Shown here: positions 9,659 to 19,399 of the stretch, in pieces | Layout: every line of letters starts with the position of its first letter | How positions within the stretch are numbered: the first letter of the stretch is position 1 | Assembly: GCA_022798335.1 (NCBI GenBank) | Contig: JAAWMH010000017.1 | Coordinates: 10,407-74,406 of the forward strand | Direction: 5' to 3' | Origin: Clostridia bacterium | GTDB lineage: Bacteria; Bacillota; Clostridia; TANB77; CAG-508 | DNA: 64,000 bases | Program-made: the position numbers and the translations under genes | Notes under the pieces: model-generated | Told to the model about the DNA's origin: nothing | Database searches by the model: none | Seen by the model: the letters and a program-made list of their open reading frames with translations, nothing else

Positions 9659-10493
9659 TAATCCATTCTCCTTTAAACACTGTTACTGCTGGTCCTGTCA
9701 TGTAAATATGATTATCTTCTTTCCATTCTATTTCTAAATTTCCTCCTAATAATTCTATTCTTACTTTTTGATCTGTTTTTTCATTTAAAACTGCTGCTAC
9801 TAAAGTAGCACATGCCCCTGTTCCACATGCTAAAGTTTCTCCTGCTCCTCTTTCCCATACTCGCATTTTTATTGTTTTTCTATCTATAATTTGTGCAAAT
9901 TCAATATTTGCTTTTTGTGGAAAAATAGGGTGCGTTTCTAAAATGGATCCATATTTTTCTACTTCGAATTTTTCTACATTATCCACAAAGATCACAGCAT
10001 GTGGGTTTCCCATAGATACACAAGTAGCATTAAATTCTTTTTGTTTTATTTGTATTTGAACTACTGAGTTTTCTTTTTTGTTTATTTCAATTGGTATTTC
10101 TTCTGGAGTTAATATTGGCTCTCCCATATCTACTGTAACTGTTCTTACTTTTCCTCCTGCTAAATTTAGCCTTAGTTCTTTTATTCCTGCTATTGTTTCA
10201 ATTTGTACTGTATGACTTTTAATTAACCCTAATTCATACACTAATTTTGCTACACAGCGAATACCATTTCCACACATTTGTGCTTCGCTACCATCGCTAT
10301 TAAACATTCTCATTTTTAGGTCTGCTATACTACTTTCGCAAATTAAAATTAATCCATCTGATCCTACTCCAAAATTTCTATTACTTATCATTCTGGCTAA
10401 TTGTTCTGGTTTTTTTGGCTCTTTTTCTTTGGTACAGTCTAAATATACATAGTCATTTCCTAAACCTTGCATTTTATAAAACATCATAAGCAT
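9651..10493 (-). CDS. dapF: diaminopimelate epimerase
   Basis: KMQGLGNDYVYLD, NSDGSEAQMCGNGIRC and ERGAGETLACGTGA (both catalytic Cys motifs). The start may be one of the downstream ATGs. Confidence 0.9.
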   Translation of the reverse strand: MLMMFYKMQGLGNDYVYLDCTKEKEPKKPEQLARMISNRNFGVGSDGLILICESSIADLKMRMFNSDGSEAQMCGNGIRCVAKLVYELGLIKSHTVQIETIAGIKELRLNLAGGKVRTVTVDMGEPILTPEEIPIEINKKENSVVQIQIKQKEFNATCVSMGNPHAVIFVDNVEKFEVEKYGSILETHPIFPQKANIEFAQIIDRKTIKMRVWERGAGETLACGTGACATLVAAVLNEKTDQKVRIELLGGNLEIEWKEDNHIYMTGPAVTVFKGEWIND

Positions 10494-10601
10494 TTTCTCC
10501 TTTGTTTCATTTTATGAAGTGCTTTTTATGCTTATGCTGTTTTATTTTAGGCAAAAAAGAAACCCCTTTCGGGGAAAAGAATTTTTCTTTTTTATCGTAT
10601 T

Positions 10602-11015
10602 TTAGCTTTTTTTGCTATTTAAAAGTTTAGCATAATGATTTGGTATATACACTACCAATATAGAAAATATTAAGTTTACTACGAATCTAATTAAAAATGA
10701 ATTTATAATCATTTCTGTTTTTCCACCACCTGGCTTTGCTGTCATTCCAATAGCTAATGCAAATACTGCACTTATACGCATTAGTCTCAATATTCTTTTT
10801 CCTGTTTTATCGTCAGCTACTTGATGCCAAGAAGATTCCAAAACCACGAGCAGTAAAAAATAAATGAACCATCCCATAAAACCTTTAAGCATTCCCATAC
10901 AAACATCTTCTACTGTTAGAATACTTCCTCCTCGTAAATAGCACCGGCATATTGCATCATATATGGTTCCTAGTATAAAAATAACAATTCCTACTACAAC
11001 TATTCTTTTTTTCAT
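10602..11015 (-). CDS. hypothetical membrane protein
   Basis: About 137 aa with 4 hydrophobic segments. GGAGGG precedes the ATG at 11015; the ORF track starts at 11030. Confidence 0.5.
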   Translation of the reverse strand: MKKRIVVVGIVIFILGTIYDAICRCYLRGGSILTVEDVCMGMLKGFMGWFIYFLLLVVLESSWHQVADDKTGKRILRLMRISAVFALAIGMTAKPGGGKTEMIINSFLIRFVVNLIFSILVVYIPNHYAKLLNSKKS

Positions 11016-11258
11016 AGTTTTTCCCTCCATAAATAATTATTTTACAAGGTTTATATAAATTTTCTTACTGAAGATACAGGTATTATACCATGTTTAGTAT
11101 AAAATGTAAAGACTTTGAACCCCTATTAATATTGAGCCAATATAAAAAGCTAGACACGTAAATTACATATCTAGCTTTGTTGCTACATTCTTCTATGCAG
11201 CAAACTTTTTTCACCTTAAGTGAAAGTGAAATTCGATACTGAAGGTCTTCTCCTCAGT

Positions 11259-11334
11259 TGGTGCCTCGAACTGGAATCGAACCAGTGACACAGGGATTTT
11301 CAGTCCCTTGCTCTACCAACTGAGCTATCGAGGC
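11259..11334 (-). tRNA. tRNA-Phe (GAA)
   Basis: Reverse complement is GCCTCGATAGCTCAGTTGGTAGAGCAAGGGACTGAAAATCCCTGTGTCACTGGTTCGATTCCAGTTCGAGGCACCA. Cloverleaf with encoded CCA. Confidence 0.95.
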
Positions 11335-11385
11335 ATATCTATTAATTAATTTATTTACTTTTTTCATTTCCCACTATTTATCGCA

Positions 11386-11447
11386 GCAACTCCGCTTCGC
11401 TACGTATACTGATGTTGTAACACTCATTCTTCGTTAACAACCTCAGC
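11386..11447 (-). repeat. about 60-nt hairpin-containing intergenic element (copy 1, related to 21316..21406)
   Basis: Shares aactcc, cttcgYtacgYata, tgtaac.ctca and ttcgtt blocks with the upp-uraA intergenic region. Contains an imperfect 12-bp hairpin ctgatgttgtaac/gttaacaacctcag. Confidence 0.4.
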
Positions 11448-11448
11448 A

Positions 11449-11471
11449 TCTACCAACTGAGCTATCGAGGC
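11449..11471 (-). pseudogene. tRNA-Phe 5' fragment (acceptor and D-arm only)
   Basis: 27 nt (tctaccaactgagctatcgaggcata) are identical to the 5' part of the tRNA-Phe gene 140 nt away. The rest of the cloverleaf is missing. Confidence 0.7.
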
Positions 11472-11500
11472 ATACTTAAGATTTTAATTAAATAAAAAAA

Positions 11501-11577
11501 TGGCGACCTGGAACGGGCTCGAACCGTCGACCTCTAGCGTGACAGGCTAGCGTTCTAACCAACTGAACTACCAGGCC
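11501..11577 (-). tRNA. tRNA-Asp (GTC)
   Basis: Reverse complement is GGCCTGGTAGTTCAGTTGGTTAGAACGCTAGCCTGTCACGCTAGAGGTCGACGGTTCGAGCCCGTTCCAGGTCGCCA. Confidence 0.95.
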
Positions 11578-11646
11578 GTAAATAAAAATCTACTTGGCTG
11601 TTTTTGAACAAAAAAATATTTAGTATTCCTAAATATTTTTAAGAAA

Positions 11647-11722
11647 TGGTGGGCGCAATAGGGCTCGAACCTATGACCTCCTGCTTGTAAGGCAGATGCT
11701 CTCCCAGCTGAGCTATGCGCCC
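11647..11722 (-). tRNA. tRNA-Val (TAC)
   Basis: Reverse complement is GGGCGCATAGCTCAGCTGGGAGAGCATCTGCCTTACAAGCAGGAGGTCATAGGTTCGAGCCCTATTGCGCCCACCA. Confidence 0.95.
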
Positions 11723-11973
11723 ATTTCCGATGACTTTTTAAGTATACTAAATTTCAAAATAATTGTCAAGACATATTTCAAAAAAATTCTATTTTTTCTT
11801 TTTTCTCTTTATTCCTTATAATTTTTTATTTATGCAATACTTTTTTAGTCTCCTCTAATTATCTTATACGAGAGATTTCAAAATAAAAACCTCTCGTATA
11901 AGAACAAAACTGAAATTATTCTTACATCTTCTTAACCGTAACCCATCTTTTTTTCATAATTATATAAAGCTTT

Positions 11974-13191
11974 TTACTTTTTTTCCTTTAATACTTCAAT
12001 TGCTTTTTGTAATTGGGTATCTTCTTCTTGTGTTAATTCTAGTTTTCCTTTTGCCTCTTGTGATAAATCTATTTCTATATCTGGTTCTATTCCTGTTTTA
12101 TTAATTTTTTTACGGTTAGGTGTAAAATATTCATTAGTAGTAATTTTTAGTCCACTACCATCTGATAATTGACGCAATTCTTGTATAACACCTTTTCCAT
12201 AAGTTTTTGTTCCTACTAAAGTTGCTTTCTCATTATCTTTTAATGCTCCTGCTAATATCTCTGATGCACTTGCCGAATAACCATTTGTTAATACTACAAT
12301 TGGCATTTTAATGGTTGGATTCATTGTTGCTTTTGTTACTTCCTCTTTATTATTTTTGTCTTTTGTAATTAGTAAAGTAGAACCTTTTTCTGCTATCATA
12401 TCTAAAATCTCAATAGCCTCGTCTACAATTCCTCCACCATTATCACGAATATCTATAATTAGTTTTGTAATTCCCTTTTTTTCTAGTTCTTGATATTTTG
12501 TTTTAAATTCATCACTGCAACCACCATCAAAATCTGAAATAGCAATATAGCCGATATTATTTTCTAATACTTTTGTTTTGATATGACTAATTAGTACTTT
12601 TTGTCTTATAATTTCAAAAGTTTTAGTCTCTTGTCCTCTTAATATTTCTAAAGTTACTTTTGTTCCTGGCTCTCCCTTTATATTTTTAGAAGCTTCATCC
12701 ATTTGGTTACCTTCATAACTTTTTCCATTTACCTTGGTAATAATATCTCCTGGTAATAATCCTGCTTTTTCTGCTGGTGAATTTTCCATTGGATTGATAA
12801 TTGTTATTAAGTTTTTCTCTCTATCTAATGTCATATATATTCCAATTCCTACGTAGTTTCCATTCGTTTCTTCCATGATATCGTCCATTTCTTCTTTTGT
12901 ATAATATACAGTATATGGATCTCCTAATGCCGCTATATACCCCTTAATTGCTCCTTCTAATAGTTCTTCATCATTAATTTCTCCTACATATTTCTTTTCT
13001 AGTTCACTTCTAAATTTTGAAAGCGTATATTCTAAGCCATTTAATGGACTGTCACTTCTAGTTGCTTTTACACTTCCTTCCTCTATTAAAAAATGATAAG
13101 TTGCAAAAGCAGTAATTAAAGAAGTTATCATTACAATAATTAAAGTTAACATTGCCCATTTATAAATTCTTTGTCCACTATTCTTTTCCAT
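11974..13191 (-). CDS. carboxy-terminal processing (S41) protease with PDZ domain
   Basis: N-terminal TM segment, a PDZ-like segment (PAEKAGLLPGDIITKVNG) and the S41 core (DIRDNGGG, SASASEILAGALKD, GTKTYGKG). Confidence 0.85.
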   Translation of the reverse strand: MEKNSGQRIYKWAMLTLIIVMITSLITAFATYHFLIEEGSVKATRSDSPLNGLEYTLSKFRSELEKKYVGEINDEELLEGAIKGYIAALGDPYTVYYTKEEMDDIMEETNGNYVGIGIYMTLDREKNLITIINPMENSPAEKAGLLPGDIITKVNGKSYEGNQMDEASKNIKGEPGTKVTLEILRGQETKTFEIIRQKVLISHIKTKVLENNIGYIAISDFDGGCSDEFKTKYQELEKKGITKLIIDIRDNGGGIVDEAIEILDMIAEKGSTLLITKDKNNKEEVTKATMNPTIKMPIVVLTNGYSASASEILAGALKDNEKATLVGTKTYGKGVIQELRQLSDGSGLKITTNEYFTPNRKKINKTGIEPDIEIDLSQEAKGKLELTQEEDTQLQKAIEVLKEKK

Positions 13192-13290
13192 TTTTGTTCC
13201 TCTTTTCTATAGTTAGCTACCTTTTTTAGGTTGCAATTCTCTTTATATTATACTTCACTTTTTTAGAAGATATTATCATTTTTTCATTTT

Positions 13291-13318
13291 AAAAGGTATT
13301 ATATTTTATAATACCTTG
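13291..13318 (-). terminator. putative terminator after the M23 gene
   Basis: 10-bp stem aaggtattat/ataatacctt with a short T-run. Confidence 0.45.
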
Positions 13319-13325
13319 TTTTTAT

Positions 13326-14522
13326 TTATGGTGCATTCACATAATTTAAAGGATTTGTTGTACTTCCATTTACTCTTACTTCAAAATGCAAGTGTGGTCC
13401 TGTTGAATTTCCTGTACTTCCTGTTTGCATAATTAGGTCTCCTTGTTTTACCTGTGCTCCTCGCTGTGTTAACACTGCCTGTCCATGCCCATATAATGTA
13501 GTAATACCGTTTCCATGATATATCATAACACAATTTCCATAAGAACCTAATTCTCCTGCATAGGTCACTACCCCATCTAATACTGCTACTACTGGTGCTC
13601 CAAATCCAGTGTTTCCAATGTCTAGCCCTTGGTGAAATCTAATTACTCCTGCTATTGGATGCTCTCTTGTTCCATAATAAGATGTAATTCCTGTTCCTGC
13701 AATAGCTACTGGCCAAATCATGGTACCTCCAGTATATTGAATATCTAATTCTCCATTATAGCTATTAGCTTGCTGAATTTTAGCTTCAATTGCCATCATT
13801 TCATTTTTGTATTCTTGGATTTTACTATTTATTTTTTGTTCTTTTTCTGATAATTCTTTTATGTATCCTTCTTGCAAAGTTTTATTATTTCTTAGTACTA
13901 TTTCTGTTTGTTCTGCTCTAGCTTTTAAAACTCTTATTTCTGATCTCTCATTTTCTAATTTTCTTTTTGCAATATCCATTTCTTTTCTTTGTTCATCTAC
14001 TTTTGCAATTAAATTACTATCATATTCTGCTATTTCAACCATAATATAATAAATAGATAAAAAGTCTGATAAACTTTCTGCTGCTAAAAGAACATCTAAA
14101 TAAGCTATATCTCCTGCTTCATATAATGCTACTAATCTATTTTTTAGCTGGGTTCTTTTTTTATTATAGTCTTCTGTAAGAACTACTAATTTTTCTTGTG
14201 TTTGTTTTACTGAAGTTTCTAATTCTTGTAATCTTGTAGCATATTTTGCATTTTCTGCTTCATATTCTCTTACTTTATCATCTATTCTCTGTATCTCTAA
14301 AAGAGTAGCTGACATTTCTCCTTGTACATATTCTAGCTGCGAATTTACTCTTTTTAAGTTTTCTTCTGTTTCTTCTTTTTCATTATTAAGTTCATTCATA
14401 CTATTTGTAGTATTTAAATTAGTAATAGTATTTTGTATATTATCTGTTGCAAAAGAAGATATAGAAATTCCTGATACTAAAATAATAGCAAGGAGAACAC
14501 ATAGAATTTTTTGTTTCTTCAT
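13326..14522 (-). CDS. coiled-coil M23 metallopeptidase (EnvC/PcsB-like murein hydrolase or activator)
   Basis: Signal/TM segment, a long heptad-rich region and a C-terminal M23 domain (HQGLDI, HGQ, GPHLHFEV). Start placed at MKKQK, with GGAGGG upstream. Confidence 0.85.
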   Translation of the reverse strand: MKKQKILCVLLAIILVSGISISSFATDNIQNTITNLNTTNSMNELNNEKEETEENLKRVNSQLEYVQGEMSATLLEIQRIDDKVREYEAENAKYATRLQELETSVKQTQEKLVVLTEDYNKKRTQLKNRLVALYEAGDIAYLDVLLAAESLSDFLSIYYIMVEIAEYDSNLIAKVDEQRKEMDIAKRKLENERSEIRVLKARAEQTEIVLRNNKTLQEGYIKELSEKEQKINSKIQEYKNEMMAIEAKIQQANSYNGELDIQYTGGTMIWPVAIAGTGITSYYGTREHPIAGVIRFHQGLDIGNTGFGAPVVAVLDGVVTYAGELGSYGNCVMIYHGNGITTLYGHGQAVLTQRGAQVKQGDLIMQTGSTGNSTGPHLHFEVRVNGSTTNPLNYVNAP

Positions 14523-14545
14523 TGTTTTCTCCCTCCTTTTAATTT

Positions 14546-15733
14546 TTACCATATTATCAAATTAGATGGCTTACTAAGCAATCCACAATTTAATGGGTCT
14601 ATTTCTGTCATATAATATGGTGTTCTTAATACTTCAAAATGTAAATGTGGTCCTGAACCAACACCTGTATCTCCACTATAAGCAATTAGCTGTCCTCTTT
14701 TTACATGTTGTCCTTCTGAAACAGTATAACTGTTTAAATGCTGATATCTTGTATATAAATCATCTGCATGTTTTAGTAATACAAATTTTCCTCTTGCGTT
14801 AGTATGCATTACAGTTACAACATACCCATCTGCTGATGCAAATACTGGTGTTCCCTTTCTTACTGGAATATCAATTCCTCTATGATTAGAACTTGCCCCT
14901 GCTACTGGTGAAGTTCTAGAACCAAACCTTGAGCTAACTTCATTATAAAAGTCTGAGCTACTAGAAATTGGCCATCCTAGTGTTCCAGAGAAGCTTCCAT
15001 TATATACCCCACCTGCATTAGCTGCAGCTTCAGCAATTTTTCTCTCTATCTCTTTAAGTTCTTTATTATAGCTTTCTAACTTTGATTGTATTTTCTTTTC
15101 TTCAGCAGATAAAGCTGCTACTTTTGATTCTTTAGATGCTTTTGCAATTTTTAAGTCTTTTTGTTTTGCATCTACTGATTTTTTCTTATTATCTAGTATT
15201 GTTTTTTCTTCTTCTAACTCTCTTTTAGCTTTTTCTACTTCTTGTCTTTTTGCTTCTAATTCATCCATTTGCTTGTTATCTGCTTTTGCCATTTCTTCTA
15301 TTCTAGCATTCATAGAAATATAATCCCAAATATCATTTGAAGCAAGTAGAACATCTAAAAAGGTAATTTCTCCTTCTTCATATACTGCTACTAATCTATC
15401 TTGCAATAATTGCTTTCTTTCTTCATATTCTTTTTGTAGTTTTGCTATTTCTTCTGTTTTTGTTTTAATGGTTCTTTCTAATTTTGTTATTTCAGCATTT
15501 AATTCTTTTAGTTCTGTTTCATATTTAGCAATGGTATCTTCTAAATCTGATATTTCCTCTAATGCTGTTTTCTTTTCTTTAGAGACTTCATCCTTTTTGT
15601 CGTTTGCTGCATCTATTTTATTTTGAATATCTGTCTTGTCTCCTTCTAAACTAGCTTTAATTGTTGGCACAAATGTAATTAGTAATAATACCAAAGTTAA
15701 TAAAATGGATACTATTTTCTTTTTCATATGCAA
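14546..15733 (-). CDS. coiled-coil M23 metallopeptidase, second paralogue
   Basis: Same architecture as the first paralogue (HRGIDI, GPHLHFEV). A TTG start at 15733 has good SD spacing; an ATG lies at 15727. Confidence 0.85.
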   Translation of the reverse strand: MHMKKKIVSILLTLVLLLITFVPTIKASLEGDKTDIQNKIDAANDKKDEVSKEKKTALEEISDLEDTIAKYETELKELNAEITKLERTIKTKTEEIAKLQKEYEERKQLLQDRLVAVYEEGEITFLDVLLASNDIWDYISMNARIEEMAKADNKQMDELEAKRQEVEKAKRELEEEKTILDNKKKSVDAKQKDLKIAKASKESKVAALSAEEKKIQSKLESYNKELKEIERKIAEAAANAGGVYNGSFSGTLGWPISSSSDFYNEVSSRFGSRTSPVAGASSNHRGIDIPVRKGTPVFASADGYVVTVMHTNARGKFVLLKHADDLYTRYQHLNSYTVSEGQHVKRGQLIAYSGDTGVGSGPHLHFEVLRTPYYMTEIDPLNCGLLSKPSNLIIW

Positions 15734-16704
15734 ACTTTTCTCCTTTTTTCTTTATCAATTTCTTGATTTTTGTATCTTATACTTCTAAGTATTTCCTCAT
15801 AGACATTCCGGCTTCCTATTGCTCCTATACCAAGTCCTAATACTAAATATACAATAATTAATATACTTAATAAATCTTGGAAAGTTAGCAATACTACATT
15901 TAGTTGTGTACTAACTAACGCTTGTTCTATTTGATTCGCAACTGCTGTATAGCAACCTCCTAAAATCAAAACAGAAATTATAGCTGATATTAAACCTATT
16001 AGCATACCTTCTACCATAAATGGCCATCTAATAAAGCCGTTAGTTGCTCCTACATATTTCATAATAGAAATTTCTTTTCTTCTAGCATGTACTGTTAATT
16101 TAATTGTGTTCATAATGATAAAAATAGAAATAAGTATTAAAATTACAATAATAACTCCTGACACTATTTTTACCCCATTTGCAATAGTTACTAATGCTTC
16201 AATGGTATCTGACCTTATTTGTATACTTGCTACAATATCTGAATTAATAATTTGATTATATACTTCTTCTGCTTTGCTTAAATCTGTTAAAGTAATAACA
16301 AAGGAAGCTTTAAAAGGATTTTCATCTCCTTCAAAAGTAGCAAGTGTTGCTTTTTTATCTTTAAACATTCTTTTTACTTGTTCTAATGCATCTTCTTTTG
16401 TTTTTGGAATAACAGTATTTACATATTCCATATTTCTTATTTTGTTACCTAATTCTGTTACTTGTGCCTCTGTAGCTTCATCATAAATAAATGCTTCCAT
16501 TCCTTGTTGTTGCTCTACTGTTTCTGTAATATGTGTTATATTTTCTCCTAATACAAAGAAAATTCCAAATATAAACATAGTGGCACACATAATAATTAAA
16601 GATGCTATTGTAGATTTTTTATTTTTAAATACATTTCTAAAACCTTCTCCGATTAAATAACCAAAAATACTATATCTCACTGTCATACCCACCTTTTTTA
16701 TCAT
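15724..16704 (-). CDS. ftsX: cell-division ABC permease FtsX, C-terminal tail frame-shifted as assembled
   Basis: FtsX topology with a large extracellular loop. Removing one C at about 15810 (agc[c]gga) gives the canonical ending ..IGAIGSGMSMRKYLEV* with a stop at 15777-15779, instead of the 25-aa basic tail in the track. Confidence 0.85.
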   Translation of the reverse strand: MIKKVGMTVRYSIFGYLIGEGFRNVFKNKKSTIASLIIMCATMFIFGIFFVLGENITHITETVEQQQGMEAFIYDEATEAQVTELGNKIRNMEYVNTVIPKTKEDALEQVKRMFKDKKATLATFEGDENPFKASFVITLTDLSKAEEVYNQIINSDIVASIQIRSDTIEALVTIANGVKIVSGVIIVILILISIFIIMNTIKLTVHARRKEISIMKYVGATNGFIRWPFMVEGMLIGLISAIISVLILGGCYTAVANQIEQALVSTQLNVVLLTFQDLLSILIIVYLVLGLGIGAIGSRNVYEEILRSIRYKNQEIDKEKRRKVCI

Positions 16705-17357
16705 CTCTTATGATATTGCCTTCTTCTATTTGAATTACCCTTTTTTTCATTCTGTCTACAATATCTTTTGCATGTGTTGCTACAACTACTGTAGTTCCTC
16801 TTGTATTAATATCATTTAAAAGTGTCATAATATCCCATGCTGTTTCTGGGTCTAAGTTTCCTGTTGGCTCATCTGCAATTAACATAGATGGATTATTTAC
16901 TAGTGCTCTTGCTAAAGCTACTCTTTGTTGCTCTCCACCAGATAACTCATTTGGATACATTTTTGCTTTGTTACTTAAACCTACTAATGATAATATCATT
17001 GGCACTTGCCTTCTAATATGTCTTGGTGTTGCTCTTACAATATACATAGCATAAGCTACATTATCATAAACTGTTCTATCTGGTAATAATCTAAAGTCTT
17101 GAAAAACCACTCCCATACTTCTTCTTAAATAGGGTACTCTTTTTTGTTTTAAAAAGGTAGTATCTTTTCCATTTATAATAATATTTCCGTGAAGTTGGTT
17201 CTTCTTCTTTTAAAATCAATTTAATTAAAGTAGATTTTCCTGAACCTGAACTTCCTACTAAAAAAGCAAATTCACCTTTATCAATTACGAAATTAGCGTT
17301 ATGTACTGCCTCTGTACCAGTGTCGTACGTTTTACTAACATTTCTAAATTCAATCAT
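16670..17357 (-). pseudogene. ftsE: cell-division ATP-binding protein FtsE, one frame disruption as assembled
   Basis: The N-terminal piece carries Walker A (GSSGSGKST). The C-terminal piece carries LSGGEQQRVALARAL and Walker B (LIADEPTGNLD). Removing the C at about 17189 (tca[c]gga) joins them as ..EEEPTSGNIIINGKDTTFLKQKRVPYLRRSMGVVFQDF.. Confidence 0.9.
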
Positions 17358-17558
17358 TGTAATAACTCCTTTTAATCCTTTAGGAACGTTTGTCTTTGGA
17401 CATTATTTTGCATTTTTTTATCTTTACTCCTTTATCATAACAATAAAATACTTTCTTTGCAATAGTTTTTTTTGGAAAAAAGCAGAATAAATTGCTTTTT
17501 TATTTGCAATTATCCTGCTTTTTCTCTTGCTATCTTACTTTGTAAGTTCACACAAAAT

Positions 17559-18491
17559 TCACAAAATAGATTTTATTTTTTCTACAATTGCTCTACTATC
17601 AATTTTAAAGTATTTTAATAGTTGCTCCGCTTTTCCTGACTTTCCAAACCTATCTTTTATTCCCATTCTTACTACTTTTGCTGGATACTCTTCTGCTAAT
17701 ACTTCACAAACGCTACTTCCTAATCCTCCTATTATACTATGATCTTCTACTGTAATTAATTTTTTTGTTTCTTTTGCACATTTTATAATCATTTCTTTAT
17801 CTATTGGCTTTATGGTAAACATATCTATTACTCGTACATGAATATTTTCTTTTTCCAATTCTTCTTGTGCTTTTAGACTTTGTTCTACTGTTACACCTGT
17901 TGCAAAAATAGTTGCATCTGTTCCTTCCCCATGTTGAACTCCTTTTCCTATTTCAAATTTTTGCTTTTTATCATAAATAATTGGAGTAGCAAGTCTTCCA
18001 AGTCTTACATAAGTTGGCTCTTGATTTTTAGAAATTTCTTCTATTAACCATTTAGTTTGTGTATCATCTGATGGAGAAAATACTTGTATATTAGGAAGTG
18101 ATCTCATTAAACTTAAATCTTCTAGCATTTGGTGAGTAGCTCCATCTTCTCCTACTGTAACACCAGCATGTGTTGCACATATTTTTACATTTAATTTTGG
18201 ATAGCATATACTACTACGAATTTGATCATATGCTCTTCCTGCTGCAAAAGCCGCAAAAGTACTAACATATGGAATCTTTCCATAGGTAGCTAGCCCTGCT
18301 GCAACTCCCATCAAATTTTGTTCTGCAATTCCTACATTTTTAAATCTTTCTGGAAATTGCTTTGCAAAAATATTTGTTTTAGTAGCACTTGAAAGGTCTG
18401 CATCTAGTACTACAATTTCTCTATTTTTTTCTCCTAACTTTGCTAAAATTTCTCCATAACTTTGTCTAGTAGCTATTTTTTCTTCTTTCAT
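17559..18491 (-). CDS. transketolase, C-terminal (pyrimidine-binding) subunit
   Basis: 310 aa typical of split transketolase (NVGIAEQNLMGVAAGLA..), directly downstream of the N-terminal subunit gene. Confidence 0.9.
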   Translation of the reverse strand: MKEEKIATRQSYGEILAKLGEKNREIVVLDADLSSATKTNIFAKQFPERFKNVGIAEQNLMGVAAGLATYGKIPYVSTFAAFAAGRAYDQIRSSICYPKLNVKICATHAGVTVGEDGATHQMLEDLSLMRSLPNIQVFSPSDDTQTKWLIEEISKNQEPTYVRLGRLATPIIYDKKQKFEIGKGVQHGEGTDATIFATGVTVEQSLKAQEELEKENIHVRVIDMFTIKPIDKEMIIKCAKETKKLITVEDHSIIGGLGSSVCEVLAEEYPAKVVRMGIKDRFGKSGKAEQLLKYFKIDSRAIVEKIKSIL

Positions 18492-18546
18492 TTTTCTCCT
18501 ACCTTTCTTAGTTGTTTCTTTTGCATTTTTTATACTTAGTTACTTT

Positions 18547-19371
18547 TTATCTTGCTTTTAATTCTTCTATTGCTTGATGATATTCTTCTTCATTTGGCGC
18601 TTTCCCATGCCATTCTGCCTTGTTTTCCATAAAAGATACTCCTTTTCCTTTAATAGTATTTGCAATAATCACAGTTGGCATATCTTTTTTATGTTTTGCT
18701 GTATCAAAAGCCCCAATTAATGCTTCTACATTATGTCCATCTACTGTAAGGGTATAAAAACCAAAACTTTCAAATTTTTCTTTAATATCTACTAATCCTG
18801 CTACTTCTTCTATTCTTCCATCTATTTGTAGTCCATTATGATCTACAACAACACATAAATTGTCTAACTTATTTTTGCTAGCACACATAGCAGCTTCCCA
18901 TATTTGTCCTTCTTCTATTTCCCCATCTCCTACTAAACAATATACTCTACAACCTGCACTATCTAATTTAGACCCTATCGCCATTCCTACTGCTACTGAT
19001 AGTCCTTGACCTAAAGAGCCTGTAGACATATCTACTCCTGGTACCTTTTTCATATCTGGATGCCCTTGTAAAATACTTTCTACTTTACGAAAATCTTTTA
19101 ATAATTCTTTATCAAAGTAACCTTTCCTTGTTAGAGTTGCATATAAGGCTGCTGCTCCATGTCCTTTTGATAATACAAATCGATCTCTTTCTTTTGCCCC
19201 TGGTTTTTTAGGATCTATATTCATTTGATTGAAATATAGTACTGCTAAAATATCACTACAAGAAAGTGAACCTCCTGGATGACCCGACTGTGCCTGATAA
19301 ACCTCTTCTATTATTTCTGTTCTAATTTCTCTTGCAATTTCTTCTAATGCTTCTACTTTTGTAATTTTCAT
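18547..19371 (-). CDS. transketolase, N-terminal (TPP-binding) subunit
   Basis: SGHPGGSLS, VLSKGH and GDGEIEEGQIWEA motifs. Confidence 0.9.
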   Translation of the reverse strand: MKITKVEALEEIAREIRTEIIEEVYQAQSGHPGGSLSCSDILAVLYFNQMNIDPKKPGAKERDRFVLSKGHGAAALYATLTRKGYFDKELLKDFRKVESILQGHPDMKKVPGVDMSTGSLGQGLSVAVGMAIGSKLDSAGCRVYCLVGDGEIEEGQIWEAAMCASKNKLDNLCVVVDHNGLQIDGRIEEVAGLVDIKEKFESFGFYTLTVDGHNVEALIGAFDTAKHKKDMPTVIIANTIKGKGVSFMENKAEWHGKAPNEEEYHQAIEELKAR

Positions 19372-19399
19372 TTTTTCATCCCTTCCTTTTATTTGTATT

